Source: Squalus acanthias
Lineage: Eukaryota
Direction: 5' to 3'
Assembly: GCA_030390025.1 (NCBI GenBank)
Contig: CM059432.1
Coordinates: forward strand, 44,270,001 to 44,334,000
DNA length: 64,000 nt
The notes under the pieces are model-generated. The model did not search any database. It was not told the origin of the DNA and saw only the letters and a list, made by a program, of their open reading frames with translations. Position numbers and translations under genes: made by a program. Below are positions 12,771 through 23,608 of this stretch, piece by piece (the stretch's first letter is position 1; each line of letters begins with the position of its first letter).

Positions 12771-13552
12771 GGCCTGGATTTTGCGATAGGAATAAAGGTG
12801 AGGCTAACCGCGATCACCGTTATAACTGAGTAAATTGGGGAGCAACTTCTGGCGTCCACATATGTGCAGCCAAACTCGGAAATCCGGACGTAGCTGTCAG
12901 AGATACCCTGTTCTACCATAGGGTGTGCTGTAACAGTCCTCGCCGATAGACTAAGCACTGGAATCAATGCAATGGCGTGAACTTGGGATACTTGCCCACT
13001 AGTTCCCCACTAAAGATGCCGTAAAAAGTTAGGGCTGGTGCATTCAGGAGTAAGTGGATTTTTATTGGCGTGATAATTGATGATTACTGCTAAACAAACT
13101 CTCTGACCCTGAAAAATTAATTTTACAAATGTGGAGTCTCATTCCTTCAGAAGTTAATTAGTGTTGGAGATTTTAAAAAATTTAAATAATTTTTAGTTTT
13201 ACTTTTTCTGTCTGTCTCTTTTCTCTCCCTCTGTTAGTCCCATCTATCTTTCACAGTCATTATTCTGCTTTCTGTACATGATTTAAATCTAATTTATAAT
13301 TCCTGCTTTATACTTCCTGGTTTAGACTCTGCGTGTCTCAGTGAGGATTCTTCAATCTGATTGGTTGAAGAGCCTCACTGTTCCTTGTTCTGTTCTCAGA
13401 CTCCACAGATGCCCTGTAGAGGGCGCCATGCTGGATCAGACACCAAATTTGAGTAAGTCTGCACTCAAAAGCCCACAAAAACTTTGTGGGCAGCTGTCAG
13501 CGAGGTGAACAGCAAGCGCCATTCCTTTGCCGCTGACCACAAAATCCAGGCC
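12771..13552. mobile_element. Harbinger-type MITE, family B
   Basis: TIR ggcctggattttg / caaaatccaggcc, TSD ATT (12768-12770, 13553-13555), inside CR1. Confidence 0.9.
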
Positions 13553-13958
13553 ATTAATCTGGGATAAAATTAATTGGTACTTGGAAAAATATAGGTTAAT
13601 AAATGAAAGCCAGCATGCATTTGTTAAAGGTAAATCATGTTTGACTAACTTGATCAAGTTCTTTTATGAAATAACGGAAAGGGTGGATGAGGATAGTGTG
13701 GTTGATGTGTATGTGGACTTTCAAAAGGCGTTTGATAGACATTTTAGCAAAATTGAAGCTTATGTGATTAAAGGGGCAGTGGCAGTGTGGATACGAAATT
13801 GGCTAAGGGACAAAAAGCAGAGAGTAGTGGTGGACAGTTGATTTTCAGACTGGAGGGAAGTGTGCAGTCATGACCTCCGGGGGTTGGAAGCACTATTCTT
13901 TCTGATAGATATTAATGACCTGGACTTTGGTATAAAGGGTATAATTTTAGAGTTTGCT

Positions 13959-14862
13959 GCCAACCACATGTTCATGGAGAACCACATGTGCAGGAAGTGA
14001 CATCAGCTGGAAGAGCTCCAGCTCCGGGTTTCGTAGCTTGAGCAGTGGCTGGCGTCACTGCAGTGCATCCATGAGGCTGAGAGCTATGTGGATAGCACGT
14101 TTCAGGCGGTGGTCACCTCGCAGTTTAAGATTTTGCAGGCAGAGAGGGAATGGGTGACCACCAGACAGACAAGGAACATAAGAACATAAGACGTAGGAGC
14201 AGGAGTAGGTCATTTGGCCCCTCAAGCCTGCTCAATAAGATCATGGCTGATCTGATCTTGGCCTCAACTCCACTTCCCTGCCCGCTCCCCATAACCCTTC
14301 ACTCCATTATTGTTCAATAATCTGTCTATCTCCACCTTAAATATATTCAATGACCCAGCCTCCACAGCTCTCTGGGGAAGAGAATTCCAAAGATTCACGA
14401 CCTTCTGAGAGAAGAAATTCCTCCTCATTTTCGATTTAAAAGGGTGTCCCCCTTATTCTGAAATTATGCCCCCTAGTTCTAGATTCCCCCACGAGGGGAA
14501 ACATCCTCTCTGCGTCTACCCTGTCAAGCCCCTTCAGAATCTTATATGTTTCAATAAGATCCCCTCTCATTCTTCTAAACTCCAATGAGTATAGGCCCAA
14601 TCTGCTCAACTTTTCTTCCTAAGATAACCCCTTCATCTCCGGAATCAACCTCGTGAACCTTCTCTGAACTGTCTCCAATGTAAGTATATCCTTCCTTAAA
14701 TAAGGAGACCAAAACTGTACGCAGTACTCCAGCTGTGGTCTCACTAATGCCCTGTACAGTTGTAACAGGACTTCCCTACTTTTATACTCCATTCCCTTTG
14801 CAATAAAGGCCAACATTCCATTTGCCTTCCTAATTACTTGCTGTACCTGCATGCTAACTTTG
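13959..14862. mobile_element. Composite insert: CR1 ORF1 N-terminal piece (+, 13959-14174) fused to a CR1 3' end (-, 14175-14862)
   Basis: First part resembles the ORF1 start at about 21950-22130 (NHMCRK..QLEELQLRV). Second part has the aacataagaacataag tail and ORF 14619-14993. Confidence 0.75.
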
Positions 14863-15161
14863 TGATGACACAAAACTCGGAAATATAGTAAACAGTGAGG
14901 AGGATAGTAACAGACTTCAGGAGGACATAGTCTGGTGAAATAGGCAGACACATGGCAGATGAAATTTAATGCAGAGAATGTGAAGTGATTCATTTTAGTA
15001 GGAAGAATGAGGAGAGGTAATATAAACTATATTATACTATTTTAAAGAGGGAACTGAGAGAGCTGGGGGTGTACGTACACAAGTCTTTGAAGGTGGCAGG
15101 ACAAGTTGAGAAGGCTTTTAAAAAGGCAGAAGGGATCCTTGGCTTTATAAGTAGAGACATA

Positions 15162-15877
15162 GGGCTGGATTTTGATACTGGGGCTGGTTGGGGTTGTGTC
15201 ATCCGCATTTTCGTGTTATCCACCCGACTGAAGTTGGATGTGGGAGATTGATGCAATTTTCACTTAATTGGGCAATTGAGGTCCAGCATGTGGGAACCCA
15301 AGAACCAATTAGTGGTTTCAGTCTGAAAGTCGCCTCTGATGATGTCATTGCTGCTGCATTGCAGGTCACCTGGTCTCAGAGACTGCCTGGCCTTTGCTGT
15401 GAGAGGACCCGGATGCAAAATGAGCAGAGAGAGAGAGAGAGAGAGAGAGAATTTTTTTTGCAACCAAGTCCTCCCAAGACATTCAATGCAGCAGCATCAG
15501 AGGCGACTTTCAGACCTAATACTACTACTACCTTCATCACATCTCCGTTGTAATAGTGGACCTGCAGCTGATAGTCAGCTATCCACTTGTGCTCCCGCCA
15601 GGTTTCACTGGCGTGTTTCACATCAGGCGTGCTTCACGTCGGAAAAGGGTTAAACTAGCTAAAATGTTTCAAAATGGCATTACAGAGCCAATTTAGGGCT
15701 TGTTAAGGGCTTTAATGGCCTCTCCCGCCTCTTGGAGTCGGGAACCCCGCGACCGATTTTGTCAAAATTGCGTGGAGGCGGAATGGAGTCGGGATCAGGT
15801 CCACCTGCCACTTTTCGCTATTTTAACCCCCCACACGCCTCCAAACCCGACTCCACGGGTCATTGAAAATCCAGCCC
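15162..15877. mobile_element. Harbinger-derived MITE, family A copy 2
   Basis: Same TIRs as 10538-11199, TSD ATA (15159-15161, 15878-15880), contains (GA)n at about 15427-15449. Confidence 0.9.
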
Positions 15878-16779
15878 ATAGATTACAAAAGCAAGGAAGT
15901 TATGCTAAACCTTTATAAAACACTGGTTAGGCCCCAGTTGGAGTATTGTGGGCAATTCTAGGTACCACACTTATGGAAAGATGTCAAGGCCTTTTAGAGA
16001 TGGTGCAGAGGAAATTTACTAGAATCGTTCCAGGGATGAGGGACTTCAGTTACATGGATAGACTGGAGAAGCTGGGGTTGTTCTTCTTAGAGCAGAGAAG
16101 GTTAAAGGGAGATTGATTAGAGATGTTCAGAATCTTGAAAGGTTTTGATAGAGTAAATAAGGAGAAACTGTTTCTAGTGGCAGAAGAATCAGTAATCAGA
16201 AGACACAGATTTAAGGTAATTAGCAAAAAAACTAGAGGTGACATGAGGAAAAAAATATTACACTGCGTGTTATTGTGATCTGGAATGCACTGCCTGAAAG
16301 GGTGGTGGAAGCAGATTCAATAATAACTTTCATAAGTTACTTGGATAAATACTTGAAAAGGAAAAATATGCAGTGCTATGGGGAAACACCAGGGGAGTGG
16401 GGCTAATTAGATAGCTCTTTCAAAGAGCCGGCACAGATATGATGGGCCACATGACTCCCTTCTGTGCTGTATCATTCTATGATTTTATGATTCTCTAAGA
16501 GTTTCCATAACTTTACCCACAATGGATGTCAAAATCACTGGTCTATAGTTTCCTACGTCAAATTTGCTACCTTTTTTAAAAATAGGAGTAAAATCTATCT
16601 TTCTCCAGTTCCCAGGCACCCCTCCAGTATTCAGTGATTTCTGGAAGTTTTGTGCCGTAATTTCCTCCTTTAGTTCCTTAAGGATCCTTAGATGTTTCTT
16701 ATCCGGCTCTTGAGATTTATTTACCTTAACTTTGAACAGGTGGCCAGCAACTGTGCTGATGGTAATGTGAACAGTGTCA

Positions 16780-17570
16780 CAACTTACTTTTGTAACACTC
16801 TTAGTTCCTCTTCCAGATCAAATAGTTATTTATCTTCTCCTTGCTAAAAACATTCAGTTTTGGATGAGTCACAACTTCCTCCAGCACAATATATTGGGAA
16901 GACAGAAGCCCTCATCTTTGGCTACTAATACAAACTCTGCTCTCTTGCCACTGATTGTATATCTCTCCCTGGCCACTGTTTCAACCAGACTGCCCACATC
17001 CTTTGCATTCTGTTTTACCCTGAGTTAAGTTTTATACCCCAGTCAGAAAGGCTTCTTACTTCAACCTCTCTAACATTGCCTGCCTCCTCCCCTTTTTCAG
17101 TCTCTCTGCTGCTGAAACACTAATGTGTCTTCTTCACTTCCCAACTATTTCAATGCTTTCCTTGCAAGGCTCCCATCCTCCACCCTCTGCAAATTTCAAT
17201 TTTGTCAAAAAATATGCGGCATTTATTCTGTACCACACTAAGTAGTACTTGCCCATCATCCCTGTTGATGCTGACCAACACCGTAAAATTAAAATCTCAT
17301 CCTCATCTTTATAGCCTTTCATGACCTTGGCCCACTCCATCTGCTCTGTCTTCCACCCTTATATTCCTCTCTCCGCTCTGCAAATACGCTGTTCCTCTAA
17401 CTCTTCCTCTTGCGCATGCCTTTATCCCTTTGTTCCAGCCACGTGGGTCTTACAGTCTGGAATTCCTTCTCTAAACCTCTCTGGCTCAACATCTCTGGCT
17501 CTCCTTTAAAAAGCTCCACAAAATCCATTTATTTGACCAAGCATTAGTTCGTCCCTTCTAATCTCTCCTT
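16780..17570 (+). mobile_element. Old L2-type LINE fragment
   Basis: Degenerate L2 motifs (tttggatgagtcacaacttcctcca, cccatcatccctgtt..gctgacc, aaaattctcatcc). Confidence 0.65.
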
Positions 17571-19584
17571 TCCGAAGAACATAAGAAATAGGAGCAGGAG
17601 TAGGCCATTTGGCCCCTCGAGCCTGCTCCGCCATTCAATAAGATCATGGCTGATCTTCTACCTCATCTCCTCTTTCCTGCACTATCCCCATATCCCTTGA
17701 TTCCCTTAATATTCAAAAATCCATCGATCTCTATCTTGAATATACTCAATTTCCTTGGAGCTGTTCCCGTACCGCCATTGTTACTTTGCTGGAACTGCGG
17801 TGGAACTCCTGATAATGCATGTAAACTCTCCGTCTCCCTGAGCTGAACCAGACCGTTTGCAACCTCGGTGTCGTATTTGACCCCAAGATGAGCGTCAGAC
17901 CACATATCCGCTCCATCACCAAGATCGCCTACTTCCATCTCTGTAACATTGCCCGAATCCGCCCCTGCCTCAGTTCATCTGCTGCTGAAAGCCTCATCCA
18001 AGCCTTTAAGAACATAAGAAATAGGAGCAGGAGTAGGCCATTCAGACCATCGAGCCTGCCCCACCATTCAATAAGATCATGGCTGATCTTCTACCTCATC
18101 TCCACTTTCCTGCACTATCCCCATATCCCTTGATTTCCTTAAGATTCAAAAATCCATCGATCTCTGTCTTGAATATACTCAATGACAGATCCTCCACAGC
18201 CCTCTGGGGTAGAGAATTCCAAAGATTCACCACCCTCTGAGTGAAGAAATTTCTCCTCATCTCAGTCCTAAATGGCTGACCCTTTATTCTGAGACTGTGA
18301 CCCCTGGTTCTAGACTCCACAGCCAGGGGAAACATCCTCCCTGCCGCTACCCTGTCAAGCCCTGTAAGAATTTTGTATGTTTCAATGAGATCACCTCTCA
18401 TTCTTCTAAACTCCAGAGAATATAGGCCTAATCTACTCAATCTCTCCTCAAAGGACAATCCCCCCATCCCAGGAACCAGTCTGGTGAACCTTCGTTTCAC
18501 TCCCTCTATGGCAAGTATATCCTTCCTTAGGTAAGGAGACCAAAACTGTACACAATACTCCAGGTGTGGTCTTACCAGGGCCCTGTATAATTGCAGTAAG
18601 ACGTCTTTACTCTTATACTCAAATCCTCTCGTAACAAAGGCCAACATACCATTTGCTTTCCTAATTGCTTGCTGTACCTGCATGTTAACTTTCAGTGATT
18701 CCTGTACAAGAACACCTAGGTCCCTCTGAACGCCAACATTTCCCAATCTCTCACAATTTTAAAAATACTCTGTTTTTCTATTTTTCCTACCAAAGTGGAT
18801 AACTTCACACTTCTCCACATTATACAGTATTCCATTTGCCATGTTCTTGCCCACTCACTTAGCCTCTCTATATCCCCTTGAAGCCTCCTTGCAACCTCCT
18901 CACAACTTACATTCCCACCCAGCTTTTTATCATCAGCAAACTTGGATATATTACATTTGGTCCCCTCATCCAAATCATAGATGTAGATTGTGAATAGCTG
19001 AGGCCCAAGCACTGATCCTTGCGGTACCACACTAGTTACAGCCGGCCAACCCGAAAATGACCTGTTTATTCCTACTCTCTGTTTTTTGTCTGTTAACCAA
19101 TCCTCAATCCATGCTAGTATATTATCCACAATCCCATGAGCTCTAATTTTGTTTAATAACCTCTTGTGTGGCACCCTATCGAATGCCTTCTGAAAATACA
19201 AATACACCACATCTACTGGTTCCCCCTTATCTATTCTGCTAGTTACAACCTCAAAAAACAGATTTGTCAAACACGATTTCCCTTTCATAAATCCATGTTG
19301 ACTCTCCCCAATCCAATATTATTTTCTAAGTGCCCTGTTACAACATCCTTAATAATAGATTCTAGCATTTTCCCTACTACTGATGTCAGGCTAACTGGTC
19401 TGTAGTTCCCCATTTTCTCTCTTCCTCCTTTCTTAAATAGTTGGGTTATATTTGCTACCTTCCAATCCGCGGAAACCGCTCTAGAATCTATGGAATTTTG
19501 GAAAATGACAACCAATGCATCCACTATCTCTATAGCCACCACTTTCAAAACCCTAGGATGTAGGCCATCAGGTCATGGGGATTT

Positions 19585-19743
19585 CCATTCGCCCATCACC
19601 CATGTGCTCGCTGACCTACATTGGCTCCCGGTTAAGCAGCGCCTTGATTTCAAAATTCTCATCCTTGTTTTCAAATCCCTCCATGGCCTCGCCCCTCCCT
19701 ATCTCTGTAATCTCCTTCAGCCCCACAACCCCCCGTTGTTGTT
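19585..19743 (+). mobile_element. L2 internal fragment with (GTT)3 tail inserted in CR1
   Basis: Encodes SPITHVLADLHWLPVKQRLDFKILILVFKSLHGLAPPYL; flanked by TSD GATTT (19580-19584, 19744-19748). Confidence 0.85.
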
Positions 19744-21260
19744 GATTTATCGGCTTTCAGTCCCATTAATTTCTCCAGTACTATTTTTTTACTAATACTA
19801 ATTTCTTTCAGTTCAACATTCTCGCTAGACCCTTGGTTCTCCACTATATACAGTTTTTTCGCGTCTTCTTTCTTGAAGACAGACACAAAATATTTGTTTA
19901 ATTTCTCTACCATTTCCTTATTCCCCATTATAATTTCTCCTGTCTCCGCCTGTAAGGGACCCACATTTACTTTTGCTAATCTTTTCCTTTTTACATACCT
20001 ATAGAAGCTTTTACAGTCTGCTTTTATGTCTCTCGCTGGTTTACTCTCATATTCTATTTTCCCTTTCTTTAGCAATTTCTTGGTCCTCCTTTGCTGAATT
20101 TTAAAATCCTCCCAATCCTCAGGCTTACTACTCTTTTTGGTAACATTATAAGCCTCTTCTTTTGATCTAATACTGTCTTTAACTTCTCTTGTTAGCCACG
20201 GTTGGACCACTTTTCCTGTTGGGGTTTTTGTGCCTTAAAGGAATGTATATTTGTTGTAAATTATGTATTCATTCTTTAAATGCTAGCCATTGCTTGCCTA
20301 CCCTCATACCTTTTAATGTAGTTTCCCAATCTACCTTAGCCAACTCACTCCTCATACCTACGTAATTTGCTTTGTCTAGATTTAAGACCCTAGTTTTAGA
20401 TTTAACTAAATCACTTTCAACTCAATATAAATTTCTATCATGTTATGGTCACTCTTCCCTAAAGGCCCCTTTGTTACAAGGTTATTAATTAACCCTTTCT
20501 CGTTGCACAATACTAGATCTCAAATCGCCTGTTCTCTAGTTGGTTCCTCAACATACTGATCTAGAAAACTATCTTGTATGCATTCCATGAATTCGTCCTC
20601 CACACTATTACTGCAAATTTGCTTTGCCCAGTCTATATGTAGATTAAAGTCCACCATGATTACTATAATACCCTTGTTACATGCGCCTCTAATTTCCTGA
20701 TTTATACTCTGCCCTATGTTACAACTACTGTTTGGGGGCCTATAAACAACTCCCACCAATGTTTTCTGCCCCTTGCTGTTTCTTAGCTCGAACCAAACTG
20801 ATTCTACTTCTTGATTTTCAGAGCTAAGATCCTTTCTCTCTATTGTCTTTATCCCATCCTTTATTATCAGGGCTACCCCTCCTCCTTTTCCATTTTGCCT
20901 ATCTCTTCTAAAAGTTAACTATCTAGGAATATTTAGTTCCCAACCTTGGCCACTTTGCAACCACATCTCTGTTATGGCTATTAGATCAAACTTGTTAATT
21001 TCTATCTGCGCTATTAATTCATCTATTTTGTTGTGAATGCTTCACGCATTCAGATATAGTGCCTTTAGCTTTGACTTATTTCTATTTTTCCCTGATGTCA
21101 CCTTAGTCACTGATGCCTTATTACCTTTGTTACTCTCTCTGTCCCTTCCTGACCCACTCTACTTATTTTTACCCAAAACTCTGCTCTAAAGCCTTGACAT
21201 CTCTCTTGCTGCTTTTAAATTTACTCTTTCCTGAATCCTCCCACCCGCCTCTTCATTAGT

Positions 21261-22179
21261 TTAAAGCCTGTCTACTGCCCTAGTTATTCGGTTCGCCAGG
21301 ACACTGGTCCCAGCCTGGTTTAAGTGGAGCTCGTCCCAACAGAACAGCTCCTTCTTTCCCCAGTACTGATGCCAGTGCCCCATGAACTGAAACCCCTTCC
21401 TCACACAACACTCTTTGAGCCACACATTTAAACCTCTAATCTGTTTGTCCCTATGCCAATTTGCATGTGGCTCAGGTAACAATCTTGAGATTATTACCTT
21501 TGAGATTCTGCTTTTTAATTTGGATTCTAGCTCCTCAAACTCCTTCAGCAGAACCTCATTCCTAGTTCTACCTATGTCGTTGGTTCCTACATGGACCACA
21601 ACAACTGGATCCTCCCCCTCCCACTCCAAGTTCTTCTCCAGCCGCGAGGAGATGTCTTTAACCCTGGCAGGCAACACAACCTTCGGAACTCTCGGTCATG
21701 GCTGCAGAGAACAGTATCTATCCCCCTGACTATACTATCCCCTACCACAACTACATTTCCTTTCACTCCCCCCACTTGAATGGCCTCCGGTGCCATGGTC
21801 AGCTTGCTCATCCATCCTGCAGGCTTTTCCCTCATCCACACATGCAGCAAGAACCTCATACCTGTTGGACAAGGGCAAAGGCTGAGGCTCCTCCAGCACT
21901 GCACCTGGGGTCCCTTTACCTGCCTCCTGTCTCTGACCACTAACCAGACTTGTACCACTACCTAACCTAAGGGGTGTGACTGCCTCCTGGATCAAAGTGT
22001 CCAGGTAACTCTCCCCATCCCTGACGCCTCGCAATGTCTGCACCTCAGACTCCAGCTCAAACTCTGAGCTGAAGTTCCTCAAGATGCAGGCACTTACTGC
22101 AAATGTGGTTGTCCGGGATCACAATGCTCTCCACAAGCTCCCACATGCTGCAGTTGAGGCACACCACCTGCACTGCCAT
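21261..22179 (-). pseudogene. CR1 ORF1: Cys-rich N-terminus plus SGNH/GDSL esterase-like domain, frameshifted
   Basis: MAVQVVCLNCSMWE...HICSKC start, then VVVGDSIVRG, VVHVGTNDIG and DELHLN blocks, which are typical of CR1-clade ORF1 esterase domains. Confidence 0.88.
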
Positions 22180-22353
22180 CTCTATATGACCTTGTTTTAT
22201 TGAATTAAATTTGTAATTAGGTAACTTAGTTTACAGTGTAGTTTCTTGACTACTTACTTGATCTAGATTAAGTTAAGGGTACTGAAATTAAATATCTACC
22301 TGTAACACAAAGCACTACAAGTAGTGTAGGCAAAAAGCAGCAACTCCTTCCCC

Positions 22354-22406
22354 CTCTTCTCCAAATTCCCACTCTTCTCCAAATTCCCACTCTTTCCAAA
22401 TTCCCA
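22354..22406. repeat. 18-bp tandem repeat, about 3 copies, in the CR1 5' UTR
   Basis: ctcttctccaaattccca x2 followed by ctctttccaaattccca. Confidence 0.85.
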
Positions 22407-23282
22407 AATAAAACACTCTGTTCAAGTCCACTCCGCTTAATCCCGTTCTGTGCAGACCGTTGTCTGTTTTCTATATCTATCTATGCTTGGGACATTCTTT
22501 ACTTTAAAGATACCATATAAATAAAAATTGTTGTTGATCCTATGCTCAAAGGGAGTGTGGGTTCAATGAAGCAGAAAGCTTTTAAAGTTCAAGAATTGAG
22601 TGAACTTGAGCATTGAACTATTAGAGACAAGCAGATGCAGATTTAAAATATAGAGAAGTCAAGTAAGATCTTTATTGTCAGATTACTGAGAACAAGTCAA
22701 ATAAAGAGTTTTTCAAATATATACACAGTAAGCAAAGGGCAAAAGAAAGTATTGGCTTACTTAAGAATGATTATGGAAAGCTAGAGTTCAGAGCAAAATA
22801 ATATTTATTGATAGTTCTTTTCCATACATCTTTATGAAGCAAAGTGGTGGAAAAGGTGTTCAAATCATAAAGCAGATTGTTAGAAAGAACAAAGTAGTTA
22901 AACTGTATGTAATCAGTGACAAGTTTGGTTATAGAACAAATGTTGTTAAAACAAGCAAAGTCAAGAAAGACATCTGAAAACTATGGAACAGTAAGTATAG
23001 GGATAGTATTTTTATTCAAAGTGCTCCCCTTTATACAAGAAAATGTTAAGCTCACCTGAAATTTACTTGATGTTTTGAAAAGTTCTGTTTTCTTGCTGGC
23101 ATAACAACTAGGGTATCCCTTCCTGCTGGAGCACACTAGTTATGTTAATTAGATGAACTGTCCCATGCATCCGAGTGTCCCTAACTTGCAAATAGCAGGA
23201 TCCTGAGAGCCACTCTGGAGCTGCTTGATCACAGAAAATCATACTGTAGTTTGGGAACTTTGCATTCCCTTGTGGGTAAAAA

Positions 23283-23608
23283 AGGCTTCTTTGGCAGCAC
23301 CTCCCAAACCCGCAACCTCTTCCACCTAGAAGGACAAGGGCAGCAGGCGCATGGGAACACCACCACCTCCAAGTTCTCCTCCAAGTCGCACACCATCCTG
23401 ACTTAGAAGTATATCGCTGATCCTTAATCGTCGCTGGGTCAAATTCCTGGAACTCCCTGCCCAATAGCACTGTAGGAGTACCTTCACCACATGGACTGCA
23501 GTGGTTCAAGAAGGCGGCTCACCACCACCTTCTCAAGGGCAATTAGGGATGGGCAATAAATGCTGGTCTTGCCAGCGACGCCTACATCCCATAAACGAAT
23601 TAAAAAAA
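23283..23608 (+). mobile_element. 3' end of a second CR1/L2-clade LINE family
   Basis: Matches 63870-64000 and the reverse complement of 40930-41290 (cacctagaaggacaagggcagcagg...gggcaataaatgctgg); A-rich end. Confidence 0.85.

Larger units (their letters stand above)
12465..16495 (+). mobile_element. CR1 LINE carrying three nested insertions
   Basis: CR1 ORF2 motifs in ORFs 12531-12713, 13527-13841 and 15069 onward. Resumes after 13555, 14863 and 15880; tail attctatgattttatga at about 16490. Confidence 0.9.
17578..22460 (-). mobile_element. Near full-length CR1 LINE (5' UTR, ORF1, EN-RT ORF2, duplicated tail), inactivated
   Basis: ORF1 pieces 21261-22179, endonuclease VGVVYRPP...DFNLHIDW (20520-20759), RT pieces 18096-20210, and 3' tails at 18008 and 17578. 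Confidence 0.93.

Noticed and set aside
22354..22406. CRISPR-like array
   Set aside because: Direct tandem units without spacers, in eukaryotic LINE context.
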